Assembly (NCBI RefSeq): GCF_006345805.1
Contig: NW_021832196.1
Coordinates: 1 to 31,859, forward strand
DNA length: 31,859 nt
Origin: Octopus sinensis
Taxonomy: Eukaryota
Direction: 5' to 3'
Position numbers and translations under genes: made by a program. Positions 1 through 11,230 of the stretch are shown one piece after another. The stretch's first letter is position 1. Each line of letters starts with the position of its first letter. The notes under the pieces were generated by a model. That model did not search any database. It was given only the letters and a program-made list of their open reading frames with translations, and was not told where the DNA came from.

Positions 1-80
1 CTTGCTCAGTGGGATACGATCGAACCCAGAGTTATGTATTTGCGATACGAACTTCTAAATCACATAGTCATGTCTCCTAC
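1..80 (-). mobile_element. Degenerate tRNA-derived SINE head (fragment)
   Basis: The reverse complement has a B-box-like GGGTTCGATC followed by CTGAGCAAG. This resembles the head of the SINE at 27427. Confidence 0.45.
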
Positions 81-113
81 TCTAAAACTCTAAAAATACA
101 TGCGTATATATAC

Positions 114-125
<12 letters not shown>

Positions 126-198
<73 letters not shown>
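126..198. repeat. (TA)n microsatellite
   Basis: Perfect dinucleotide run. Confidence 0.97.
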
Positions 199-204
<6 letters not shown>

Positions 205-519
205 GGCCCGCCGTCTTATCCGACGACGAGAGCTGCAATTGAGCCAACGGAAAAGCCTGCTCGTGAAATTAACGTGCAAGTGACTGAGCACTCCACAGTC
301 GCGTGTACTCTTAACATTGTTCTTAGGACGACTCAGCGTAACAAAGAGAGTGACAAGGCTGGACCTTTGAAATACAGGTACTACTCATTTTTGCCAGATG
401 AGTGAACTGGAGCAACGTAAAATAGAGTGTCTTGCTCAAGGACACGATGCGTGGCTTGGAATTGAACTCACGACCTTACGATCGAGAGCCAAATGCCCTA
501 ACCACGAAGCCACGCGCCT
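199..519 (-). mobile_element. tRNA-derived SINE, CORE-like central domain (family X here)
   Basis: Minus strand: A-box TGGCTTCGTGG (512-502), B-box GAGTTCAATTCC (469-458), then GTGTCCTTGAGCAAGACAC...AAATGAGTA (CORE-like). The 3' end abuts (TA)n. Confidence 0.85.
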
Positions 520-532
520 ACACAGACATATA

Positions 533-888
533 GGTTATCATCATCATCGTTTAACGTCCGCTTTCTATACTGGTATGGGATGGACGGTTTGATATGGAGC
601 CGGCCAGACTCCAACTGTTGTGGCATGGTTTTTACAGCTGGATGCCTTTCCTAATGCCAACCACTTAACAGTGTGCTGAGTACCTTTTCCGTACCACCGG
701 CACGGGTGTTTTTTATGCGGCTCCGGCACCTGAAAGGACTGGCTTGTATGTGTGGAAGGCAACGATTTTACTTAGCTCGATGCGTTTTATCAAGTACAAC
801 AACATATCGTCATATCTCTCGGTCCTTTCTCATTTCTTCAGTGAGGCCCAGCGTTCGAAGATCCTTTGTCACCAGTTCGTTCTATGCC
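533..888 (-). mobile_element. 5'-truncated RTE-clade LINE 3' end (ORF C-terminus, 3' UTR, (GAT)n tail)
   Basis: Minus translation *NELVTKDLRTLGLTEEMRKDREI*RYVVVLDKTHRAK* matches the RTE C-terminal pattern W..VVRKDL..LGL......DR..WR, with both W codons decayed to stops. The UTR has GGTTGGCATTAGGAAAGGCATCCAGC and ends in AAACGATGATGATGA. Confidence 0.8.
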
Positions 889-895
889 TTTTGGG

Positions 896-937
<42 letters not shown>

Positions 938-939
<2 letters not shown>

Positions 940-1226
940 GCGCAATGGCTCAGTGGTTAGAAGGTCGGAGGATCGCGGTTTCGATTCCCAGACCGGGTGT
1001 TGTGTGTGTTTATTGAGCGAAAACACCTAAAGCTCCACGAGGCTCCGGCAGAGGGTGGTGGCGACCCCTGTTGTACTCTTTCGCCCCAACTTTCTCTCTC
1101 TCTCTCTCTTCCTGTTTCTTGAGTAACGCTGCGATGGACTGGCGTCCCGTCCAGCTGGGGGGAACACATACGCCATAGAAACCGGGAAACTGGGCACATG
1201 TGCCTGGTTAGGCTTGAAAAGGGTGC

Positions 1227-1232
<6 letters not shown>
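938..1232 (+). mobile_element. tRNA-derived SINE with V-domain-like motif (family Y here)
   Basis: A-box TGGCTCAGTGG (946-956), B-box GGTTTCGATTCC (977-988), and CTGCGATGGACTGGCGTCCCGTCCAG (1129-1154), which resembles the V-SINE domain. Flanked by (TA)n on both sides. Confidence 0.8.
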
Positions 1233-1272
<40 letters not shown>

Positions 1273-1346
1273 CTTCAACTTAAGTAGGAAAACACTACTA
1301 CCACTGCCACCACTACCACTACTACTAGTAATGCTGTTGCAAAGCG

Positions 1347-1530
1347 GAATGGCGGGATCGAGAGAGCATCGAACAAAATAGCTTGCGATATTTATTTACT
1401 TGACTGTGACGTTTACGATCTGCGTTCAAAAATCTCGACCGAGGTCATCTTTACCTTTCATCCTCTTGGGGGTCAATAAATAAAGTACCAGTCAAGTATT
1501 AGGATGGATATAATCGACTAATCCTTCTGT
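1347..1530 (+). mobile_element. tRNA-derived SINE, family A (diverged copy)
   Basis: CGACCGAGGTCATCTTTACCTTTCATCCTCTTGGGGGTCAATAAATAAAGTACCAG matches the core of the copy at 5655-5860. Confidence 0.65.
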
Positions 1531-1779
1531 TAATATTTCTTGACTAGTGCATGTTGTATCAAGTGGAAGTAGTTGTAGGTGTAGCTGTTGTTATCACGGT
1601 GATGATGTTTAACCTCGGTTAGGCCAAATCAATCAGATCTATGATCAAATACGTTTCAGTCATAACCTTCCCATCTGGACTTTTGCCCCTACACTGGACA
1701 ACTACAACATTCTAGGTACTTTAAAGAGAATCTGGCTGCTGTTTCTTACACGCACTTAATTGGCTCACAATCATCTTCA

Positions 1780-1883
1780 TAATCATTATAATTATCAACA
1801 TCGTCATCATGATCATCACAATTATCATCGTCAGCAGCAGCAACAGCAGCAGTAGTGGAAGGAGCAACTGCAGCAGCAGCAGT

Positions 1884-1938
<55 letters not shown>

Positions 1939-2390
1939 ATCTGTTAATTACCACTGTTCAGAGACAAACCAGCTGGTAAGGTGGGTGTGTCCACTTTCAT
2001 TTAGTAAATCGCCTTGATTGAATTGCTTCGTCTTTAGGCTAATGTTAATGAGAATGATGGTGCTGGTGGTAATGCTGGTGATGGTTGTAATTATGATGGG
2101 TGTAATGGTGATGGTAGTAGTTGTAAGGAGAGTAGTGGTGATGGTAAATAGGAAGAGTGTAGCGGTTAGAATAATGATGATGATGACGGAGATGACGATT
2201 TTGTTGAAGATGATGTGCTGATAGTAATCATGATCATAATGATGATGACGACAACGACATGATGATACTGTTTGTGGTGTTAGTAGTGGTAGTATGATAG
2301 TGGTTGGTGGTGATGGTGGTAGCGATGGTGATATTGATTGTGTTGGTCATGATGATGATGATGGCTGAAGTTTGGAGATGGCGTTGACCG

Positions 2391-2421
<31 letters not shown>

Positions 2422-2450
2422 AGTTGTTATGATTATTATAACAGTGATGG
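1780..2450. repeat. Compound trinucleotide low-complexity tracts (CAT/CAG/TAG; GAT/GGT/GTA)
   Basis: Direct reading. Source of the poly-L/M/V ORFs at 1721-1954 and 2018-2221. Confidence 0.9.
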
Positions 2451-3439
2451 CGGCCATTTTAGAATTATAATCTCATACGAAACAACATCACTGCGCGGGG
2501 CGACTTGATGAGAAAGTCCCTCAGAAAAGGAATGAACGTTGCAACATCTTCTTAACCTTCTCCTACATACACTAAACATCACACTCAGATCTTAGACTAT
2601 GAATTTTATCTCCTTCATCTTTTCCTTGTGATCGATAAAAATACCGGTAATTTTCTGGGTCAAATACTCCATCCCCCATCATCATCATCTTCGAGCAAAC
2701 AAAAGAGGGATACACGTGGCTGCTTGACCTGCTAGTAATGACAGCCAAAACCTCAAACAAATCACAAGGCTAGTCGCATGGCATGGTTCATTGTCAGGCG
2801 GACCGAACTACTAAATACAGTCAAGGTAATCTTAATAAACGTTATTTCCTCTTGAAGTTTAGGTGGGCCGTTCAGAAACTTCCGCGGGCCGCAGTTTACC
2901 GTTGACTGGTCTAAAACAATGTAAGATACATCGGATAATGTAACCATAGTCAAGGGGGTCGTGACTGGAATTGACTACTGTGATCCTTGATCTGCTGGAA
3001 ATAGTAGCCAAAAATAAACACGCTCATTATTAGATTAGTGCTTCTAACGATAGGGCTATTTATTATTATTATTATTATTATTTTATTATTATTATTATTA
3101 TTTCATGACACACTAATTATGAAAACACTGGAGCACTTAGTAGGGACATTTTACATAAGTTATGTTTTAAAGTTTGAAATTTAGGGAAGTAATAGGAAGA
3201 GTAACTATTGCTTACCTTATCTTATTATTATGACTCTTGTGTTTCAAATCACTCGAGCTAAGTAAGGATCTGTTAACGACTTAAAATCTGCGGCACTGTT
3301 GGATACCACTTGCGAGGCACTTGGTTATTCTTTGTGACGTACCTAGATATCCCTTGTTAACACACCTGGCCCCTTGCATCATACTGATTGAGAGCTGCTC
3401 CAATTGATAAGATGAGTGCTGGCTACATTATTTAGAATA

Positions 3440-3600
3440 TTACACAGAACGGTCATAGATGGAACACTTTGATCATAAATTTTGTTGGATTAGAGATGAC
3501 TTGGGGTTAAAGAGTTACAATTGTAATAAATGTTCGACATGCTAGAAACAGCAGCCAAATCTCTCTCAAAGCACATGCAATCATCTTTTATAACTAAAAG
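3440..3600 (-). mobile_element. Old headless ~200-bp interspersed repeat, two partial copies head-to-tail
   Basis: The reverse complement contains TTTGAGAGAGATTTGGCTGCTGTTTCTAGCATGTCGAAC (3' half) and TTTAACCCCAAGTCATCTCTAATCC...TATGATCAAAG (5' half of the next copy). Both align by eye to 4417-4617 and 18070-18262. Confidence 0.5.
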
Positions 3601-4416
3601 ACACATTAGGTAATATAGTCATAGAGTGATGGGATGACTATAGCTGTAATGCCTCCGAGCTCAACTTCAGATCAACCCTGCTCGAAGAAGGTTGTTATGG
3701 GTTTAAAGAACAACAACCATGACTGCGACATAATTATTACTGTTTATGTAAACACCGGGCTGAAATTTAGAGGTACCATCTATGTTTATAAGTTCAAATC
3801 TGGATACGGTACACTTTACCTTTCATCATCCTGGGATCGTTACAGTTCTAAACATGTAATAAGGGACAATTTCATTAAATGAAGCTCCTTCCGAACAATG
3901 TTACTTTGCTGTGCCAGTTCAAAAGACAATACTTCGTCCATGTCTTCTCGGATAGTCAAAATCAGCAAACAATCGGATAAAAATGTCCTGTAGTACTTAG
4001 TCCTGTAGTATTCCCAGAGTCTATCAAGATGAATTCAACCTTTCGTTATTTCGAAGTGTGGTGGCGCTAGACAAAGTTGTATGTATGTATGTTATGTATG
4101 TATGTTATGTATGTATGTTATGTATGCTCGCATGTATGCACAGGCACACACACACACTCACTCACAACATCTATATATTTCTGGTGCCCATAATAAAGTA
4201 GTTCTCATATTCAAGGGTTGATCTTATCCACTACTCCCACTGCTACTACTCAAAAGGATTAATGTTGGTGATGGAGAAAAGTGTAAATAACTGGACTTAA
4301 AATGTCTTGTTACGTAGTTGAATGGTGTTGTTATTGTATATTTTGTTGTTGTAATGATAGTATAATTATTACTGCTGTTGTTATTAGTTATTTTACTACT
4401 GTTGTAGTAGTTGTTA

Positions 4417-4617
4417 TTGTTTAACTCCACATCAACTCTGACCTAGCAGAACCGCGCTCAAGGGTTTTAACGGAGACCATCCCGTTTTTTTAGAGACAAT
4501 TAGCACTACATTATGTATTGTACCGTTTCCTTTTTATATAAGATAGTACAATGGGATTTGAGGGAGATTTAACCGCTCTATTTTCAAGCACGGCGAGCAA
4601 CAGTGTTGAGGCTCTCT
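4417..4617 (+). mobile_element. Old headless ~200-bp interspersed repeat, near full length
   Basis: TTGTTTAACTCC...GACCATCCCG...GGGATTTGAGGGAGATTTAACCGCTCTATTTTCAAGCA. The same motif order recurs many times in the window. Confidence 0.6.
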
Positions 4618-5262
4618 CATTGAATAATCAAACCTAAACAGTTATATCGGTGGGTGTGAGGTAGATAAATGAAAAAGCACCTGGAACATATTCAAATCAA
4701 TATATGTGCTTATCTATTACGAAATAGCTCTTATATCTTGGATAAAAGAAGGAAGGAAATATCAAAAAATGAAAAGAATAATAATGTGGAGTATTTTCAT
4801 GATCCGGTTTCATTTCACACTACAAATGTATATCGTTTATTATTGTTAATGGCTCTTGGTTGGGCGGGGTAAGGTAATGAAGCATTACAGTCGTCCATTT
4901 TCTTCAACGTTAACAAATATATAAAACTTTGTTGCCTAAACCAGAACTGACAATTAAGAAAACATTAATAATGTACTGGAGTAATATGGGGTTGTATGGT
5001 AATCCCAAATCACCTTATGTGATTGTTCCTATCTCCATTTCATGGGCTCCTATTTTTGTTTAATACTGTTAGCATTATTATCTATTTATTAATGTGTCTT
5101 TACTGGTATTGTTGATCTCACATTTTTACTCCATGTTAATTCTTTCTTGTGTTTCTTTCACTGTTTTATCCTTCGTATTTCACCATTATAACAACAATCC
5201 CCAACGTTTGAGGACTTTGTAGTCAATAAAAGAAATCATCATCATCATCATCATTATTATTA

Positions 5263-5500
5263 AGGCGGCTAACAGGCAGAGTCGTTAGTGCGCCGGGCAA
5301 AACGCCTAGCGTTTATTCTTCTGGTTCTCTGTTTTGTAACCAGCTTCATCTTTCCGTAGTCTTCTAGTTCTGTGTTTTGTAGTCAACTTTATCTTTCGTC
5401 TTTCCGTAGTCGATAAAATAAAGTACCAGTCAAGCACTGGGGTCGATGTAAGCGACTGGCCTCCTCTCCTAGAATTGCTGGCCTGTTACCGGAATTCGAA
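5263..5500 (+). mobile_element. tRNA-derived SINE, family A, with internal tandem duplication
   Basis: GGCGGCTAACAGGCAGAGTCGTTAGTGCGCCGGGCAAAACGCCTAGC head and GTCGATAAAATAAAGTACCAG core. The block TTCT.GTTCT.TGTTTTGTA...TCTTTCCGTAGTC occurs twice at about 5318-5412. Confidence 0.75.
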
Positions 5501-5654
5501 ACGTTATTTTTATTACTATTTAGATTCACTGAATCGTTGGGGGTCGGATAATTGACACGGACTAATTGTACCAGCACTTTACATTCTGGTTTCCAACCCC
5601 ACCAAAAGTTCAGTGTTTAGGTCATAGCTAGGATCACTTACTTTTCATACTTTC

Positions 5655-5860
5655 GGAACCGTTAGCACGCCGGGCAAAATGCTTAGCAGCATTTCGTCCG
5701 TCCTTACTGTCTGTGTTCAAATTCCGCCGAAGTCGACATTGCTTTTCATCCTTTCGGGGTCGATGAAATAAGTACCAGTTACGTATCGGGTCGATGTAAT
5801 CGATTAGACTCTCCCACCCACAATTTCTGGCCTTGTACCTATAGTCGGAAGGATTATGAT
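5655..5860 (+). mobile_element. tRNA-derived SINE, family A
   Basis: CGTTAGCACGCCGGGCAAAATGCTTAGC head, B-box GTTCAAATTCC, core TTTCATCCTTTCGGGGTCGATGAAATAAGTACCAG, (ATT)n tail. Confidence 0.85.
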
Positions 5861-5978
5861 TATTATTATTATTAAAAGGGTACTAAGTGGAAAGACTGAT
5901 CAAGCATCGTACGTCTTTATACTTTCTACGTTCAGTTCAATCCAAAACTGACTTAGTTTTCATCCATATTATATGATG

Positions 5979-6017
<39 letters not shown>

Positions 6018-6362
6018 CTGTGGACATGTGTGATTTTCATTGCCTGAATGATCGCATGTGTGACAAAATCTGAGTAGCGACATTGTGAATTACCAGCTTT
6101 GAAAGGATAAATATACCAATTATACGTGTGGAGTACTTCATTTGCCATTTGTTAACCCAAACGTATGTGTGTGTATACACACATACACATAACTACCTTA
6201 TATATATATATATACATATATGCTGTGTATATGTTTGTATACATGTATGTATACGTCTATGTACACACACACACATATATATATGTGTGTGTATGTATGT
6301 ATGTATGTATGTATATGTGTGTATATGTTTGTGTCTATGTGTGGGCTTGTATACAAGTGTGT

Positions 6363-6398
<36 letters not shown>

Positions 6399-6688
6399 CT
6401 ATGTGTATGTATGTATGACTGTATGTATGTGTGTGTGTGTGTGTGTGCATGCATGTAGGTGTGTGCGAGAGAGGGGAAGCGACAGAGAGACACCTGAAAA
6501 CGACTAGTGAACAATTTGGTCGAAGAGACCAAAAAACAAAAAGAAGAAAAGAAACTATTATGTTATTATTATTATAGTGGTCGTGCTGGTAGTTAATGCT
6601 GCTGTTATTGTTACTCTTGTCGCCGCCATTGTTAATTGTTGCTTCTGTTACTGCTGTTGCTAATGTAACTGTTGCTGTTGCTATTGTC

Positions 6689-7590
6689 CTTGTTGCTGTT
6701 GCTACTGTTGTAGCACTTGTGATTGTTGCTACCGGTGGCTGTTGCTGGGTTGTTGTCGCTGTTGCTACTGTTGTAGCACTTGTGATTGTTGCTACCGGTG
6801 GCTGTTGCTGGGTTGTTGTCGCTGTTGCTACTGTTGTAGCACTTGTGATTGTTGCTACCGGTGGTTGTTGCTGGGTTGTTGTCGCTGTTGCTACTGTTGT
6901 AGCACTTGTGATTGTTGCTACCGGTGGTTGTTGCTGGGTTGTTGTCGCTGTTGCTACTGTTGTAGCCTTGTGATGGTTGCTACCGGTGGTTGTTGCTGGG
7001 TTGTTGTCGCTGTTGCTACTGTTGTAGCACTTTGATCTTGCTACGGTGTGCTGTTGCTGGTTTTTTGTCGCTGTTGCTACTGTTGTAGCACTTGTGATTG
7101 TTGCTACCGGTGGCTGTTGCTGGGTTGTTGTCGCTGTTGCTACTGTTGTAGCACTTGTGATTGTTGCTACCGGTGCCTGTTGCTATTGTCATTGTTGCTG
7201 TTGCTACTGTTGTAGCACTTGTGATTGTTGCTACCGGTGGCTGTTGCTGGGTTGTTGTCGCTGTTGCTACTGTTGTAGCACTTGTGATTGTTGCTACCGG
7301 TGCCTGTTGCTATTGTCATTGTTGTTGTTGCTACTGTTGTAGCACTTGTGATTGTTGCTACCGGTGGCTGTTGCTGGGTTGTTGTCGCTGTTGCTACTGT
7401 TGTAGCACTTGTGATTGTTGCTACCGGTGCCTGTTGCTATTGTCATTGTTGTTGTTGCTACTGTTGTAGCACTTGTGATTGTTGCTACCGGTGGCTGTTG
7501 CTAGGTTTTTGTCGCTGTTGCTACTGTTGTAGCACTTGTGATTGTTGGCTACCGGTGCCTGTTGCTGGGTTGTTGTCGCTGTTGCTACTG
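6689..7590. repeat. Minisatellite of 14 units (mostly 63 or 64 bp)
   Basis: The ACCGGT anchor recurs at 6731, 6794, 6857, 6920, 6982, 7043 (degenerate), 7106, 7169, 7233, 7296, 7360, 7423, 7487, 7551. Units are GTT/GCT-rich. Confidence 0.97.
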
Positions 7591-8316
7591 TTCTTACCGT
7601 TGTCGTTAATGTGATATCTGTTTTGTCTTAACTACTGCTGTTGCCATTGTTAAGCACGGCTACATTAATTGATGTTGTTAATACTATGACTGTTGTTGTC
7701 ACTGTGATTGTTGCTCTTAAAATTTTTATTACTGATTAGCGACGTGGTTGTGGTGATCTAATTAGTAGTAGTTGCAAGGGTGGGTGGTGGTAGGTGTAAT
7801 AGCCAGATTTTTTGACAAGCTGTGACCAACAGAGAAACTGACACACGGACACAAACATAAGATGAATTGCTTTCGTACACATATTAATTGAAATTGAAAT
7901 TTTTATATAGCTACACACACACACACACACACACATACACACCAACTGGTAAACGTAACCAACACACGAACACAGCGACGCGTAGTTACATACATGTGTA
8001 TTTGTACGTGTACTATATTCAATTTTACATACATACACACGCACACGTCGTTGTACACATGTTGCTGTGTGCATAACAGTATTTCCATTTGAACATTTGC
8101 GTGCATGTGCAGGTATGTCGTTGTGTGTTTGTGTGTATGTGCGTTTATGTAGGAATCTACGTGTGCGGGTCTGATGTATTTCTATAGGTTTATATTTACA
8201 GTTGTGTATAACTGTGTATTGTCTATATGTACGTGCTGTATACATACAAACACGCATACATATCTCTGTGTGTATACATTATATATGTGTGTGTGCATGT
8301 CTATACACACACATTT

Positions 8317-8510
8317 TTTCTTTTATTCTTTTACTTGTTTCAGTCGACTGCGGCCATGCTGGAGCACCGCTTTCAGTCGAACAAATCGACCCCAGAATTT
8401 ATTCCTTTTAAGCCTAGTGCTTATTTTAACGGTTCCTTTTGCCTACGGCTGAGTCAAGCGATGGGGGTGACAACACAAAACACCACACACACACCACCAA
8501 CACACACACA

Positions 8511-8566
<56 letters not shown>

Positions 8567-8633
8567 TATACGGACATGCTTCTTTCAGTTTCTGTCAACC
8601 AAATCCACTCGTAAAGCTTTGGCCGGCTCGAGG
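8317..8633 (-). mobile_element. SINE family B, headless copy with internal microsatellite
   Basis: Minus strand: GAGTGGATTTGGTTGACAGAAACTGAAAGAAG, then (TA)n/(TG)n, then GGGGTCGATTTGTTCGAC...GCGGTGCTCCAGCATGGCCGCAGTCGACTGAAACAAGTAAAAGAATAAAAG. Colinear with 27427-27985. Confidence 0.85.
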
Positions 8634-8689
8634 ATGGAACCATGTGAAATATTATGTGTGTTGTGTGGTGTGTACATATACACACATAT

Positions 8690-8760
8690 TAGTATATAAT
8701 ACTATACATATATATACATGCATTTTATATACATATACATATTATATAATATATATATAT

Positions 8761-8813
<53 letters not shown>

Positions 8814-8914
8814 GCATATCATATATATATATTATTAATATATATTTGTATGTATTATTTATATAATGATATATATATATATATTATATATATATATATA
8901 TATACATACCATTA

Positions 8915-8958
<44 letters not shown>

Positions 8959-9000
8959 TTATATATATATTATACAACACACACATACATACATTACATA
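8690..9000. repeat. Compound (TA)n/(TG)n microsatellite
   Basis: Direct reading. Confidence 0.9.
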
Positions 9001-9230
9001 CGTACATACATCAGAGTGTTTCCGTGTATATGTGTTTTAGCATGTGTACGCGTAAAGTTTTGTTTATGTAATTGCCTTAAGTATATTTATGTGCATGTAA
9101 TTTTTTTTCTTCCCATTAATGCTTTCTTTGACGTTATAATTATGGGGAAAACATTTATTTTTATCATTATGATTATATTATCATTATTATTATTATTATT
9201 AATATCATTATTATTGTTGTTATTGCCATT

Positions 9231-9787
9231 GAGCGAGGGAGCAGCGCATGCCATCCAAGTGACACTGGAGTACAAATATACGAAGCCCAATATACCCATC
9301 AAGACTACTCGTCTGATATGGGTACACCACGCACATGCATCAGAACCATATATGCGCGACATGGTCATTTCATATCAAGATAAACAGCGTATGACCTTGG
9401 AGGTGGAGTCCAGTTAGAATTTTCTTCAAGTCGAGTAGCCCATTCCGCTCAAAAGGTCCCTGAATAAGGATTGTTTAAATATGTTAATCGAAACACCCAT
9501 GTTTCCAGAGGTGAATTATTCAAACCCTAAGAATTCCTCTGAACACATGATTATGATGTTCCTCCACTACTTCTGCTCGTGATCAGAGATGCACATATTG
9601 TCAGTCACCAAGGGATATACTCAACTAGTTAATATCAAACAACTGACAAACATTTCAGTGGTATTTAGCAGAATATTTGCTGTAGCCCATCTTTTATACC
9701 AAGACAAACCATGTACATGATAACACTTCCAATCAGTTAAGATCAAAAGCCATGAGAGCTAGTGCCTGGTATTGTATCAGGACATTT
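9231..9787 (-). mobile_element. ~550-bp non-coding element bounded by (AAT)n-type tracts, copy 1 (longest)
   Basis: Strong similarity to 9977-10288 and, inverted, to 19862-20269. Both flanks are ATT-rich trinucleotide tracts. Strand is inferred from the truncation pattern. Confidence 0.85.
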
Positions 9788-9817
9788 ACTATTATTGTTG
9801 TTGTTGTTATTATTGTT

Positions 9818-9930
9818 GAGGTCGGTTTTGCTTTCATCCTTTCGGGGTTGATAAATTAAGTACCAGTGAAACATTGGGGGTCTACGTAATCCCTTAAAAT
9901 GGCTTCCCTTGTGGCAAAATTTGAAACCAT
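9818..9930 (+). mobile_element. SINE family A, 3' half
   Basis: GCTTTCATCCTTTCGGGGTTGATAAATTAAGTACCAG...AAATTTGAAACCATT followed by an ATT tract. Confidence 0.75.
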
Positions 9931-9976
9931 TAATATTGTTATTGTTATTTATTTATTTATTATTATTATTATTATT

Positions 9977-10285
9977 GAGTGAGAGAGCAGTGCATGCCAT
10001 CAAAGTGACACTGGGGTAAAATATACGAAGCCCAGTATACCCATCATGACTACCCGTCTGATAAGGGTACACCAGGCACATGAATCACAACCATATGTGC
10101 GCGACATGGTGATCTCATATGAAGATAAACAGCACATGACCTTGCAGGTGGGGCCCAGTTAGAATTTTCTTCTGGTCGAGTAACCCATCCCGCTCAAAAG
10201 GTCCTTGAATAAGGGTTGTTTAAGGATGTTGAATGAAACAACCTATGTTTCCAGAGGTGAATTATTCAAACTCCATAGAATCCCT

Positions 10286-10288
<3 letters not shown>
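9977..10288 (-). mobile_element. ~550-bp (AAT)n-bounded element, copy 2 (truncated)
   Basis: Shares the GAGTGAGAGAGCAGTGCATGCC terminus with copy 1. Stops after GAATCCCTCTC and runs directly into a long (ATT)n tract. Confidence 0.88.
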
Positions 10289-10331
<43 letters not shown>

Positions 10332-10349
10332 TATTATTATTATTATTAT

Positions 10350-10452
10350 TCGTGGTCAATAAAATAAGTTCCAGCGAAGTACTGAAGGTCGATGTAATCG
10401 ACTATCTCCCCATCCCAAATTTCAGGCCTTGTGACTATAGTAGAAAGGATTA
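10350..10452 (+). mobile_element. SINE family A, 3' fragment
   Basis: GGTCAATAAAATAAGTTCCAG...GGTCGATGTAATCGAC...AAATTTCAGGCCTTGTG...GAAAGGATTAC. Confidence 0.7.
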
Positions 10453-10820
10453 CAACTACTACAACTACTAATATTACTATTACTATCTCCATCAAACTCA
10501 TCGTCATTATTAGGTATTCTAACTAGTAAAAGGAACTGTTCAGAGTATAAATTATATATCACAGGTGCTACATAGTACGTGTGAGCGAGAGTGTGTGCAT
10601 ATACAATATATATATATATATATATTTTTTATATACATATTATTATTATACACACATATATTATGTGTATGTATCGTTTATGAGTCTATGTGTATGCGTG
10701 CATATATACGCATACGAACATTTATAAACATACATAGATAATAACGATTAAATGTGTAAACACACACACACACACACACACATGTATACATATATCTTTA
10801 CATGCATATATACAAAACTG

Positions 10821-10892
<72 letters not shown>

Positions 10893-11074
10893 TGTGTGTG
10901 CGGCGCACACACACACACCACATTCTCTCTCTCTTTCACTTTCTCCCTTTCTCTCTGTCGTACATATGCATGTGTTTATGTATATGCAGATGTGCGTGTC
11001 TAAGCACATTCTCATTCAAACACAAACACACACAAACACACACACAAGATCGTAATCCATGTGATATTTTGCTT

Positions 11075-11230
11075 TTGAATAACCCATGGTCTGGCTTGCT
11101 CTAGACAAATCTATGACAACAAACACCCCAGTTCGTCCTTATTTTCGTAAGTACGTTGTGCAGCCTTTTTCTAAGACGATAGGATGTGATTTGAGGTAGA
11201 TTTGCTGCTACTTTTAACAGGCTGCCCGCA
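11075..11230 (+). mobile_element. Old headless ~200-bp repeat (diverged)
   Basis: TAAGACGATAGGATGTGATTTGAGGTAGATTTGCTGCTACTTTTAACAGG. Confidence 0.5.

Noticed and set aside
938-990. tRNA genes at A/B-box sites (also 458-519 and 25245-25303)
   Set aside because: No complete cloverleaf, and each continues into a SINE body.
2860-2915. CCGCGGGCCGCAGTTT motif resembling a hAT transposon end
   Set aside because: Short, with no partner terminus or target duplication found.
3986-4015. Short direct duplications (also about 15285-15312)
   Set aside because: Ordinary slippage-type duplications of about 13-15 bp.
6596-7614. Cys-rich or hydrophobic repeat proteins from the minisatellite
   Set aside because: Units of 61, 62 and 64 bp shift the frame repeatedly, and there is no splice or start evidence.
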